A DNA stretch of 64,000 nt from a virus (lineage: Duplodnaviria; Caudoviricetes): positions 16,597 through 80,596 of IMG/VR virus record IMGVR_UViG_2832949849_000001. The stretch is one strand, 5' to 3'. Shown here piece by piece: positions 45,816 through 56,098 of this stretch. The notes under the pieces were generated by a model. The model saw only the letters and a list, made by a program, of their open reading frames with translations. It searched no databases and was not told the origin of the DNA. A program made the position numbers and the translations under genes. The number at the start of each line of letters is the position of its first letter. Position 1 is the stretch's first letter.

Positions 45816-46350
45816 GTTTGCTCTCTCCTGTCTTTGGACGCTTCCCTGCTTTCTTGGCCTTTTTATGGTGGCTGCTAAAAATTTCTGTAATTTTGATTCG
45901 GTGGCGATGCCACATCAGTGCTTTTTTTAATTTGTACAAACCAAGCACCATGCCTTTTACATCTACCAATTCAATGCGGCCATCTAAATGGGTTATGGCA
46001 AAATCCGCAACATAATCAATCTTATGCGAATACACCGAACCATCTTCATTCAAAACCTTATCGGCAATCGGATAACGCACCTGACACTCAAAATCAGCAA
46101 TGATGCCAGCTTCTTTTTGCTGTTTAAGCAATTGGTAATGCTGGGCTTCTAAGGCACTGTCAAACTTACGGCCATCTACCTTGGTAATTTTATTGCCATA
46201 CTTGCTAGTGGCTTTGGGCTTGCCCGTTTTAGCATCTGCTTCACGCCATTTGCCTTTAGCGTCCTGTACCAACTGCCCTGCTGCCACACGTCGGTTAAAC
46301 TCAACCGTACTGATTCGCTCTTGTTTGCCTATTGCTGTATTAGACATCAA
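45808..46350 (-). CDS. DUF1064-family nuclease
   Basis: SKYGN...DGRKFDSALEA...YVADF...DVKG...YKLKK. Confidence 0.85.
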   Translation of the reverse strand: MMSNTAIGKQERISTVEFNRRVAAGQLVQDAKGKWREADAKTGKPKATSKYGNKITKVDGRKFDSALEAQHYQLLKQQKEAGIIADFECQVRYPIADKVLNEDGSVYSHKIDYVADFAITHLDGRIELVDVKGMVLGLYKLKKALMWHRHRIKITEIFSSHHKKAKKAGKRPKTGESKHG

Positions 46351-46589
46351 CTACCTTCCCTTAAAACGCAGCGTTCCCTCTTTTGGGCTTGATTTTCATC
46401 ATGCGCCCTCACCTCCAACCAATAAGCACGAATGGGCTCCATATCCATGCCTTTGTCTTTTTGCTCCCGCCACCATGCCTCACGGCTGGATTTGATTAAT
46501 CGAGCCGCCCAGCGCCATCGACACTGATCGCAATGGGCTAAGGTGGTGTATCCCATCACCTTGCATGATGCGCAGTACTCTTCAATCAT
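46347..46589 (-). CDS. Hypothetical Cys-rich phage protein
   Basis: CxxC...CxxC; translationally coupled. Confidence 0.5.
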   Translation of the reverse strand: MIEEYCASCKVMGYTTLAHCDQCRWRWAARLIKSSREAWWREQKDKGMDMEPIRAYWLEVRAHDENQAQKRERCVLREGS

Positions 46590-47397
46590 TTACGGTAATC
46601 TTCCCAAGAAAACAAAACATTCCAAGGCCTACCGCCTGTTTCTTTCATACGAGACATGGTCAAGTCACCAACGCTTTTTTCAAACTCAATCAAATCACCA
46701 TTGCAAATGAAAATCGTAGGACGCATTTCTGCATAGCGTGCATTGAACACATCAAAAAATGCACGTGCATCGGCTTCGCTGTTCTGGTTTAAAATCCGTA
46801 CTTCATCCACCACAAGCAAATCAAACGACACCAAAGCATCAATCACTTGGCTTTCAGTCACATTGGAGTCAAACGACTTAGCTTCACGAATACGACGTAA
46901 CATGTCATTGGCAGTGGTGAAATGAGCCGTTTTACCGAAGCGCTCGATCACCGCATTGGCAATGGCACAAGCCAAGTGGTTCTTGCCATTACCACGGTTA
47001 CCATGAAACACCACATTGCGACCTGAATGCTCAGTCTCAAACTCTTTTACAAACTCAACTGCAAAAGATTTGGCATTTTTTGTTCTGCAGTATTGGCAAC
47101 GTAATGATTAATCCGTTTATCACGGAAGCGCTTAGGGATACCTGCATCGACAATTGCTTTCTCAACTGCCATAATTTTTTGCTTGGCTTGATTCTCTGCC
47201 TGCATGACTGCCAACAATTGTTTGGTTTCTGCTTTCTGCTCCTCAGCCACACACTGAGGGCAACGGGTCCACAAATCACGTAAACCAAGCTTGGCAACGT
47301 AAGCACCGTGTTTTGAACAAACTTCATCACGGGCGCGGATTTGAGCGCTTGTAACACCTACAGGCAAAATGCTTGAAATATTTTGTAACATGACCAT
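46586..47397 (-). CDS. DnaC/IstB-like helicase loader ATPase (frameshifted)
   Basis: CSKHG...CPQC, GIPKRF, GNRGNGKNHLA and LLVVDE motifs. Confidence 0.88.
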
Positions 47398-47401
47398 CCC
47401 C

Positions 47402-48384
47402 TTAAAAATCGATCTCGATGTTGTCCAAATCCACCGCAGCCAAAGTACGTGCCATTTGCTCACGGTATTCGTCTGTCACATCTGCAGATGTCAGAATTCT
47501 GTAGCTGTGGTGCTTGGTACCTCCCATGCCAGGTGGCAATTCGGATGGCTTGGCTTTTTGTGATGGTACAAATTTGCTTGATTCAGCATAGGCAGTACGA
47601 CGTGCTTTGGCACCATTCGAGAAATTACGCAGCAGAGCCTTGTTCCACTCTGCCTGAGTGCGCTCAACGTCTTGGGTCATCCAGTAGGCAAGAAACTCAG
47701 CAAAGTCTGCTTGATTGTCAGCAGTGCTTAGGTCAACACGGGAAAATTTCAGTAATTGCTGTCCAGCATGGTCAGGTTGCCAGTCGATGTGCATCGCAAA
47801 TTTTTGGTCATCAACTTTGGGCTGAGTCTGTGGCTGCGACTTGGACGGTTCGCAGTCAGGTGCTGTGTGCTGCGGCGAATTTTCGTGCGCGGGCTGTATG
47901 TAAGTATTCTCTGTTGTAGTCTTTGGTAATCTTTGTTCTATATACGAGAGCGATTTCTTCACTTCGGCGACAGCGATTTTCTTACTTCCCGAGAGCGATT
48001 TCTTCACTTCGGGAGAGCGATTTTAGCGTTCGCGACAGCGATTTTGACAGCCTCTAAATCCAGCTTAAAAAAGGTTACATGTTGGATGCGATTTTCTTTG
48101 ATTTGCACCACACCTAATGCCATTAATTTGTCACGTGCAGTTTTTACTTGGCTAATGGTCAAGCCTGTTTGTTCAGCCAATTCCGCAAGTGTGGTGTAAA
48201 AACCTGTCTCTTGATCGCAAATATCCCACCAATACAAAAGCTGGCTAAACAAGTCAGCAGCTTGCTTGCTGCCAAATGGCTTGGCTAATTGAGGATAAGT
48301 AGCAACAGGTTTGCCGATTAATTGTTGTAGCTCCATCTTGGCGCTAACCTCGGGCAATTTTTGGAATGGAATAGCAGCCATCAC
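47402..48384 (-). CDS. Replication initiator (N-terminal HTH, DnaT-like C-terminus); frameshift inside the iterons
   Basis: FSQLLYW...ELAEQTGLT; KFAMHIDWQP...EFLAYW. Confidence 0.78.
47946..48053. repeat. Iteron-like direct repeats (putative phage ori)
   Basis: Five GA(G/C)AGCGATTT units about 19-21 bp apart inside the initiator gene, as in lambda O. Confidence 0.7.
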
Positions 48385-49115
48385 GCTACCTCTTGAGTTG
48401 AAATTTGTTTTGCTAGGAATGCCAAACCTTTAGGCGTCACCAAAACTTGGGTGGTCAAACGATCCATGCCCATACGTTCGCTGTAATGTGTATGTTGGGA
48501 ATGGCGCAACAATCCAGATTGAATCTTGTCCTGGTAAGCAATCCATTCACCTTTGCCGCCACGCTTATAAATCCAAGCATTCTGGCTCAACCAATCAAAT
48601 AATTTACGCGGTTGGGTATCCAAAGTTTTAGCAGCATCAGTAATACACAAATCACCATCAGCCTTTGAAATGAGGTCTAACGCCATGGCTTTGGGTGCCA
48701 CCACTGCCAATTGGCTTTCTAAGGCCATGCGCTTTTCAGCTTCAGCAGCAGCCAAGCGCAAAGCTTCCGGCAAGGTTTGTGGAATGATTGGGGTTTGTGA
48801 TGCTTTAAGACGACGCTCACACTCAATGAAATACAAACGGGCTTCACGGCCTTTTTCATTGCGCTCAACCATTGCCAGTTCTTTAGCCATTGCTAAGGTA
48901 ATGTGGTATTCAGTAGCTGGACGACCTTTTACTAAAGTTTTAGTAAAAGTCACAAAGTCTTGATTTCCAATAAACGCATACTCTGCAATTCGATTGTTAA
49001 TCCAATCATTAAAGCGGCTCTTCACTTCCAAAAACTCATATAACTCACGAGCAGATATCATTTGTACTTCTTCGCCAGCAATCTGCTGATTGACAACCAA
49101 TATTTTTGTATCCAT
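48381..49115 (-). CDS. AntA/AntB + KilA-C (ANT) antirepressor
   Basis: ISARELYEFLEV, MAKELAMVERNEKG, PQTLPEAL and VTPKGL motifs. Confidence 0.88.
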   Translation of the reverse strand: MDTKILVVNQQIAGEEVQMISARELYEFLEVKSRFNDWINNRIAEYAFIGNQDFVTFTKTLVKGRPATEYHITLAMAKELAMVERNEKGREARLYFIECERRLKASQTPIIPQTLPEALRLAAAEAEKRMALESQLAVVAPKAMALDLISKADGDLCITDAAKTLDTQPRKLFDWLSQNAWIYKRGGKGEWIAYQDKIQSGLLRHSQHTHYSERMGMDRLTTQVLVTPKGLAFLAKQISTQEVA

Positions 49116-49184
49116 AATTAACTCACTTGTTTTGTGGCTCAAGCCACGTTTGGAATGGCCAGCAAAATCCCTTGCTGGCTTTTT

Positions 49185-49666
49185 TTATTCCACCAACAAT
49201 GCTTGGCGAAACGCCACCGATGCCTCAATCAACTTGTCTACCAGCTCAAGGCTGGTTTTACGTTCATTACGGGATAATTCATTGCCCAATTCAGAATTTT
49301 TATCCATTGCTGCTTTCACTGACTCACCAACGCCAGCACAGGCAGTAAACACATCAATGAAATGCGCCAAACATCTTGAGATGACTTACTTTCAGGCAAT
49401 GGCATCACCATGTGATCAACCAAGTAAGCCATGGCGCGCAACGGAGTCACATCCTGAGAAAGCTGCAAAATATTGCAGGCATCGTAGAGGCTCAAATGAG
49501 CATGGTCAGAATTGGCATTCAATTTGTTATTCAATGAACGCTCATGTTGTAAACCCATGTCTTGAGCCATCTTAATTACGCTGCGACCATCACCATAATT
49601 TCTAGATGAAACACGAAATAAATTTAAAATATCAGGATGTTGCATGTTTTCTTTCTTCAAACTCAT
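49185..49666 (-). CDS. CII-like regulator (frameshifted)
   Basis: SLNNKLNAN...HLSL motif; downstream of cro. Confidence 0.65.
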
Positions 49667-49693
49667 GTGATTTACTCCTTAAAGTTTGGAATA

Positions 49694-49900
49694 CTATTTA
49701 CGATTCTTCCGTAAAGGTTCAAAAACTAAATCGGCTGCTGAAACACCTGTGACATTTTCAATATCTAAGGCGGTAGAAGGTGCAATCTGAATATAGCCCT
49801 TCACGTAACTATGAACAGTTTGTTTGGTTTTACCGATTGCTTTAGCAAGCTTTGCCTGGCTACCTGCGATTTCAATTGCCCTATTAATTGCGGTGGTCAT
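49694..49900 (-). CDS. Cro-like repressor
   Basis: AIEIAGSQAKLAKAIG HTH; divergent from cI. Confidence 0.88.
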   Translation of the reverse strand: MTTAINRAIEIAGSQAKLAKAIGKTKQTVHSYVKGYIQIAPSTALDIENVTGVSAADLVFEPLRKNRK

Positions 49901-49928
49901 AAGAGTCTCTTTTTTTAATATACCGCAA

Positions 49929-49992
49929 GTCTATTTTCAATATACAGAGTTGTCAATCTTAAATGCACGACATGGGTCAATTAATAATTTAC
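49929..49992. promoter_or_regulatory. Three 17-bp operator-like sites (OR)
   Basis: GTCTATTTTCAATATAC (49929), GTCAATCTTAAATGCAC (49952), GTCAATTAATAATTTAC (49976). Confidence 0.65.
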
Positions 49993-50009
49993 TATTTAGG
50001 AATATAAAA

Positions 50010-50705
50010 ATGGTTGATTGCAAAAATATGGAATTTAATATTGGACAATGGGTGAAACAAGCTCGAGAAAAGGCAAACAAAAGCCAAGAGCAGCTTGCTT
50101 TGGATTTAGGATATAAAGGAAAGGGAACGGTCTCAGCTTGGGAAAAAAATACCAATGCGGTACCATTTGATAAAATGCTGGAAATTTCAAAAATAACAGG
50201 CTTACCATTGCCTTATGCATCAAATGGCAGTCCTTCTGTAATAGTGAGTGATCCAGATGATGGGCCAATCAAATTAAAACTATACGATGTAGCTGCCTCA
50301 TGTGGCAGTGGACACTTTAACGGTAACTACCCTGATTTAATTAGAACAATCTCATTAACCGAAGATGCAGCATTAGAGCTATTTGGCACGGCAAATTTAA
50401 AAGATGTTCAAATGATTCCACCTGATGGCGACTCTATGGAGCCCACCATCCCTGCAAAATCAATATGTTTTATTAAAACAAATATTGATTCAATTTCTAG
50501 TAGTGGAATCTATCTATTTACATTTCAAGGTGCCACATTTATGAAACGTCTATTTCTAGGCAGAGGAAATATCATTCATGTGAGTTCAGATAATCGATTT
50601 TATGAAAAAGGTGACTTCACTATTAATCCTGACGAGATACATGATTTGGTTATCCATGGAAAACTTTGGAAGGCTATGTCGCTTGATATGATAAATCTAG
50701 GGTAA
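50010..50705 (+). CDS. CI-like repressor (HTH + S24 peptidase)
   Basis: SQEQLA...TVSAWE, AASCG and GDSMEP motifs; ATG at 50010 after AGGA. Confidence 0.92.
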   Translation: MVDCKNMEFNIGQWVKQAREKANKSQEQLALDLGYKGKGTVSAWEKNTNAVPFDKMLEISKITGLPLPYASNGSPSVIVSDPDDGPIKLKLYDVAASCGSGHFNGNYPDLIRTISLTEDAALELFGTANLKDVQMIPPDGDSMEPTIPAKSICFIKTNIDSISSSGIYLFTFQGATFMKRLFLGRGNIIHVSSDNRFYEKGDFTINPDEIHDLVIHGKLWKAMSLDMINLG

Positions 50706-50777
50706 ATTTTAAATAAAACACAAATACACAAATTAATTTGATTTTAATCAATTAGTTGTGTATTTTTTGCTTTTTTA

Positions 50778-50818
50778 GTTCATTTTAAATTGACTTAAAT
50801 TGTCTACTTAAAATATAC
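50778..50818 (+). promoter_or_regulatory. Two 17-bp operator-like sites overlapping a PL-like promoter
   Basis: GTTCATTTTAAATTGAC and GTCTACTTAAAATATAC; TTGACT...TATACT. Confidence 0.65.
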
Positions 50819-51292
50819 TTAATTCATCAACTCACGAAGCACACAGCAACACGGGGTCGGTCAGCAACATTAGGTGCGCAGAACTTTCAAAACTCAGTAA
50901 CGTGATAAGCAGCTTAGCCTGAATGGTGGCAAGTGAACCGCAAAATGCTTATGCGCCAAAACCAAACGCTAAAGGTAATCCACATAAGTGGCACCGGAAC
51001 GAAGTAAGCGAAATCATTGTTAGGCGTGGTGAATACCAAAGCGTGACAGCAAGCGTGGATATGTCCAAGGGACGCACACAGAGCGGCGCAAACAATCGGC
51101 AAGTCGGCTAGAAACGGATTAGAAGTGGTTAGAACTTAATAGAAGTAAGTTTTTAGGTGTGGTTCAAATCTACGAAAATCAAACGTAACAAGCGCGCAGG
51201 GCAACGCTACCCTGTAACAGGTTCCAAACTGAGCAGCATCAAAACATCGGTGTTGCTTGGCTTGCAACTTCGCAAGGTAAAAGGAATAAAAA

Positions 51293-51619
51293 ATGACAGT
51301 TATTCATGAAGATAACAACGCGGTTACAGCAACGCATTTGTCGGAAGACAATCCAGGTCACGATTATCAAATTGATTTTGGCGATTCGTCACATGAAATT
51401 TCATTCCAAAATGGTCCAGTAAAGGAACATGGCGTGAATGGCATTACTAGCGAAGCATTGCTGGCCATCTTGATTCATCGAACTGAAGTATTGAACAGCA
51501 ATTTCCCTTGTGCTGAAAATGAAGCTGCATTAGATGGCTTAAATCAAGCCTTAAATGCTTTTGAATCTCGCACACAAAATCGTATTGATCGCGGCGTCGA
51601 AGGCGAAAACAAGCTGTAA
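51293..51619 (+). CDS. Tad1-like anti-Thoeris/anti-CBASS signal sponge
   Basis: HDYQI...ISFQNGPVKEHGVNG...LLAILIHR...FPCAENEAAL...RTQNRIDRGVEG follows the Tad1 pattern. Confidence 0.78.
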   Translation: MTVIHEDNNAVTATHLSEDNPGHDYQIDFGDSSHEISFQNGPVKEHGVNGITSEALLAILIHRTEVLNSNFPCAENEAALDGLNQALNAFESRTQNRIDRGVEGENKL

Positions 51620-51687
51620 GGTTTCAAACTGCTTGGCATTAAGGTGCCAAGTGGCTTGCAACTTCGCAAGGTAACTGGAGATTTATC

Positions 51688-52044
51688 ATGGCATGGGAGA
51701 CAGGTTTAGAGTTTATGTCCATGCAAAACTACATTGCTAAGGTTCGAGCTAATCCACGCAGAAAAGCTGCAATGGATAGAGCATCTGCCCGTATTGCCGT
51801 TCAATTAGAAGCAAAAATGGGCGAAACCATTGTTAGCTTGCGTTCTCGCCATGGGCTCACACAGCAAGAATTAGCTGAAAAATCGCAACTGAAGCAATCG
51901 TATTTATCAAGAATTGAAAACCATAAGTGCTCTTTGCACAATACAACGGTCTCTAAAATTGCCTCCGCATTGGGTTGTACTGATGAAAAAATCTGTATGG
52001 CCTTTAGCAATCAATGGAAGTACTTAGAAAATAAAAAAGCATGA
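51688..52044 (+). CDS. XRE HTH protein (HigA-like, no toxin partner seen)
   Basis: LRSRHGLTQQELAEKS...YLSRIEN. Confidence 0.75.
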   Translation: MAWETGLEFMSMQNYIAKVRANPRRKAAMDRASARIAVQLEAKMGETIVSLRSRHGLTQQELAEKSQLKQSYLSRIENHKCSLHNTTVSKIASALGCTDEKICMAFSNQWKYLENKKA

Positions 52045-52119
52045 GAAAAGTACAGATTTATGCACAATTGGGAAGCTTGATAACTTAAACTGGAAAATAA
52101 CCAAAATGAAAGGGAACTC

Positions 52120-52665
52120 ATGAGCGATTCAACTTCTGAAAACTCTTTTCCTGATGATTACTTCACTGATATTAATGACGAAATACTGTCATATCTAGAA
52201 CAACAAGCTCATGGGGCTATATTAGAAAGCAAAGAAGCGATTTCTAAGGTTCGAGATAAAGGATCAAAGCTCGTTGATATTTTGATTGTTGGAATTGGCG
52301 CTGGGCTGGTGTTTTTATTGAATGGCTCTCAGCCTGACAATTTTAGAATTGCCTCATGTATTTTTGTTCTAAGCTGGTCAGGCATTACAGCTTACATTGC
52401 CCACAATTTGATTAAAACCAAGACCAAGGCCAGCGCCTTTAATAGCCCAAAAGCACTATACAGCCAATCATTCAAAAACAATCAAGCCCCAAATAAAGTA
52501 AAAATTATGCGGCAGCTTGAGCTTCATAATATGTCGCTAACGATTGATGAGTTGAATGACCTAAACAAAGAAGTAGCAGAGTATTTAAATAAGGCAATAA
52601 CAGCGATTGCCTTATCAGGTCCACTAGTAATCGTAACCCTAATTGGCTCTATTCTTTTAACTTAA
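52120..52665 (+). CDS. Hypothetical membrane protein
   Basis: Three hydrophobic segments. Confidence 0.6.
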   Translation: MSDSTSENSFPDDYFTDINDEILSYLEQQAHGAILESKEAISKVRDKGSKLVDILIVGIGAGLVFLLNGSQPDNFRIASCIFVLSWSGITAYIAHNLIKTKTKASAFNSPKALYSQSFKNNQAPNKVKIMRQLELHNMSLTIDELNDLNKEVAEYLNKAITAIALSGPLVIVTLIGSILLT

Positions 52666-52967
52666 CTGACTCAGAATGGATGTCATCCATCACAAACATT
52701 CTTTCAGCCTTCTGAAAAGGGAAGCTTGAATTTTGGCTTAACATTGTTTCCAAAACCTGAATCTAAAAAAGCGAAAGGCCCCGAAAAATTCGGAGCCATA
52801 ACGCCGACCGAGGAACCCCTCAATCCACTTGACTAAACTATATATTACATGCTAGGCAATAGCAATAAGTAGATGCTTAAAACATAACTATATTTGAATA
52901 TTTATTCAAGTAAATACTGCCAAGTCTGTAAGAGACCGACACTTCACGCTAACAGAAAGGAAGCATC

Positions 52968-53291
52968 ATGCAAGAAGATTTAACAAAACGCCTTCAAGCC
53001 TTAAAGCAATATGGTTTCAAAGACGAAAACGGACATCCGCTTGAAAATTGCCAAGAGTTTGTTGAATTAGAAATGATATTGAAACGCGCCAAAAGTGATG
53101 ACGCTCCCTTGTCGCCAAAGGACAAAGAAGCTGTTAAATCCGCACTGTTGGCAATATCCCAAAACAATCCTCATATGGACCTTGAATCATTGGCTCGTAC
53201 GCTGTGCAGCTCACTTAAGCATGTCAACTCATTCAATCAACCTGCTGTATCAGGTGGGGCGACTAAAATTAGCGATTCCAATCATTTATAG
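52968..53291 (+). CDS. Hypothetical phage protein
   Basis: 107-aa ORF with RBS and terminator. Confidence 0.55.
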   Translation: MQEDLTKRLQALKQYGFKDENGHPLENCQEFVELEMILKRAKSDDAPLSPKDKEAVKSALLAISQNNPHMDLESLARTLCSSLKHVNSFNQPAVSGGATKISDSNHL

Positions 53292-53360
53292 GACAGACTA
53301 GCAACAAAATTTCAAACAAGCGTCCTGTAAATCACAGGACGTTTTTTATGGGGAAGTGAA

Positions 53361-53609
53361 ATGAAAGCATTTCAAGAATTTATAGCAAAAGCATCTGCTG
53401 AATTGGTTGCCGAATCAATCAAGCATGGCGTTTCAATAGGTATCAACACATCATTCGTAAATGGTTCGATGGCTTTATTTATAAACACTCCAAGCAAAAG
53501 TGTTTTCACTGCCGAGTATCGCAGCGAAGAAGATTGGTACGCCGCTTTAAGCCTAGCAAAGACAAGCATCCAAAAGACTGCACTTGAGGGAATTAAGGTG
53601 GCTGCTTGA
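53361..53609 (+). CDS. Hypothetical phage protein
   Basis: 82-aa ORF. Confidence 0.5.
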   Translation: MKAFQEFIAKASAELVAESIKHGVSIGINTSFVNGSMALFINTPSKSVFTAEYRSEEDWYAALSLAKTSIQKTALEGIKVAA

Positions 53610-54133
53610 ACATCAGCGATACCATGTGAAGCAGGCAACTTCACATCAGGCGATTGGCTGCGCAGTTCCGGCCTGCGTCAGAAACAAGCTGGCATCGGTC
53701 AGTCGCTTGCTGTGAAGTTGCGTTGAAAATGGTTTGGGTCAGTCATGAGTGCCAAGCCACGGTTTTGAACCAACCGAGAAACCATGACGTGATGTAGCGG
53801 ATTTTTATTGAGACTCCTTGCCGCGTGACATCAAACTGAAAAAGCACAGGCAGACCATAGCGCAAGAATGGTCTGCCTTTTTGCTTTTACGATTATTGCT
53901 TGGTTTGCAACAGGCATTATCCGTAAGAGTGAACAAAGGAGAAAACATGGCTCTTTTAGAAGCACCCGCAAGCATCATGAAGTCACCCGCATGTCTGAGG
54001 GTAAGCACAACTGCTACATCAGATTGATTGCAGGTTTGCCTACACCCCCAGCAACCGAGAAGCAAAAACAAACGGCAGCCAGACGCATTCAGGCAAGCAT
54101 CAACGCTACTTACAACGAAAGGACGGCAGATTA

Positions 54134-55293
54134 ATGGCCAAATACTTTATCCGCAAAACGGCAGCCGTGATGGTTGCCCTTTTTATTTCAGGTATCGCAG
54201 GTGCAAGCCTCGATCGCAATGATGGAATTGTAAACCACTCTGCAACTGACCTAATGCACATTGAAGCCCAAGAGCGCCAACGTTTAGAAAATTGGCATCA
54301 ACGAACGCTGCAAATTGAAGCAGAGCAAGCGCAATACGAAGCAGCTTTGTATGCAGCGATGGAAGCGCGTAATGCAACGGGTAATTATGGTGAAGTTTAT
54401 GAGTACGAATAAGCGGCCTGCATTTTGGGCTTGCTTACTGGGTTTAACTTGGGTGGTGATAACGCTGCCCTTTTTCTATTGGAAGCATAGAAAGGCGGTT
54501 AAACATGTCAATCACTAAATTTGTTGAAATTGACGTTGATATTGATGAGCTTCTTGAAGAAATGAGCAGCTCAGAAAAAACTGAGCTTTGCGCTCAATTA
54601 ATTGAAGAGGGATACGCTGACGGCTACTTTCCTGATGGCATCAGCAACAATCCTCGCACCACAGTCGAGCAAGCATGGGTTCACTCGCTGAATATTGATT
54701 TACCCAAGCCTTTAGTTGAGTTCTTAGAAGATACCACAGGCAAGACCTTTGGGAGGTGCTAATGAGCTATACCTTCAATATCCCGCCGCAACACAAGCTG
54801 GCAGTAGTCGCTGTCATCGCAGTCAAAGAGATGATTGCCGCCAAACACCAATACGCCACGATTACAGGCATCACCTTGCCTGATGGTCGTCAAATTTTCC
54901 AAATCGTGGCTCCTGCCAAGCGTACCGAGTGCATGGCTGTCGGTTTAAGGCGTTGGTTAAAAACTTATCAAAATCACAAACGGAAGGTGAAAAATGATTA
55001 CTGAATTGCAATTACTGACTTTGGCTTGTTTGGCCTGTGGCTTGAGCCAAGAACAAGCATCTCGCTTCGATGGTGACATCGATGCCTTGCTTGATTACAA
55101 ATTCGGCATGGCATTTGAAGACTTTGCCAATATGGCTCGTGCCAGTCAGCCTTTTTGGGGTTTGTTTCCGTACCAGGAGCCTGTTTGCGAGCAATGCAAT
55201 GGTACCAAAAAAATGTTTGAAGAATTCTTCTGCTATGAAGAACGTGAATATTTCACCAAATCACACGAGTGTCCATTTTGCTATAAGACCTAG
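54134..55293 (+). other. Cluster of small coupled hypothetical early ORFs (54134-54412, 54505-54762, 54756-55004, 54994-55293)
   Basis: Overlapping stop/start junctions typical of lambdoid early operons. Confidence 0.55.
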
Positions 55294-55295
55294 CC

Positions 55296-56096
55296 ATGAA
55301 TCAAATCACCATCCGCGCATCCAGCTTGGGCAGTCTGTTTGACTGCCCTGCTTCTTGGTACGCCAAGCACATCGAGCGCATCCAAATGCCACGCAGCCCA
55401 CGCAGCTTGATTGGCAACGCAGTCCACCATGCTGCCGCAGCGTATGACGTCAGCCGCATGAACAAATCAGGCTTGACCATCAACGAAGCCGCAGGCGCAG
55501 CTGTGGACTACATCAAGCAATACACCACCGAAGTGGCTTGGGAGGGTTTTACACAGAAAGACGTTGAATCAAAGTCCATCGAATTACACCAAACCTATTG
55601 CGCCAAAATCGCCCCGAATTACGACTTCGTGGCCGTTGAAGTGAAGTGTGAACCAATCACCATCAAAGTCGGCAACTTGGCCATCACGCTTACGGGTGAA
55701 ATGGATCGCATTTACCAAAGCTTTGATGGTGGTATGGGCGGTATGGATTTAAAGACAGGACAGAATGCTGTCAGCAAAGACGGAGAAGTGGCAACAGCCG
55801 AACACATTCCTCAAATGGGTGTTTATACCGTTTTGGCAGAAAGCCATTACGACATCGAATTGACCGAGCCATTTGCTATCGCAGGCTTGTCCACCACCAA
55901 TGGTCAAGCGGGTGTGGGCTTGATTCCAAACGCCAAAGCCGCCCTGCTTGGCAATCCCGAAACCGAAGAAAAAGGCTTGATTCACTACGCTGGCAGCATT
56001 ATCGAATCAGGCAATTTTTACGGCAATCCACGCAGCATGATTTGTAACAAACAATATTGCCCTATTTTCAATCGTTGTAAATTTCGAGGTAAATAA
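55296..56096 (+). CDS. PD-(D/E)XK exonuclease (AddB/Cas4-like with Cys ligands)
   Basis: ASSLGSLFDCP, GNAVH, LTGEMDRI, DLKTG, QMGVY and CNKQYCPIFNRC motifs. Confidence 0.82.
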   Translation: MNQITIRASSLGSLFDCPASWYAKHIERIQMPRSPRSLIGNAVHHAAAAYDVSRMNKSGLTINEAAGAAVDYIKQYTTEVAWEGFTQKDVESKSIELHQTYCAKIAPNYDFVAVEVKCEPITIKVGNLAITLTGEMDRIYQSFDGGMGGMDLKTGQNAVSKDGEVATAEHIPQMGVYTVLAESHYDIELTEPFAIAGLSTTNGQAGVGLIPNAKAALLGNPETEEKGLIHYAGSIIESGNFYGNPRSMICNKQYCPIFNRCKFRGK

Positions 56097-56098
56097 CC

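Noticed and set aside
47946-48053. Short repeats as a second CRISPR array
   Set aside because: About 20-bp period without unique spacers, inside the initiator gene; these are iterons
51145-51185. GGTTCAAATC resembling a tRNA T-loop
   Set aside because: No cloverleaf or acceptor stem could be built
55296-56096. Cas4-like protein as a partner of the CRISPR array
   Set aside because: It is 20 kb away and paired with a RecT-like gene as a phage recombination exonuclease; type I-F does not use Cas4
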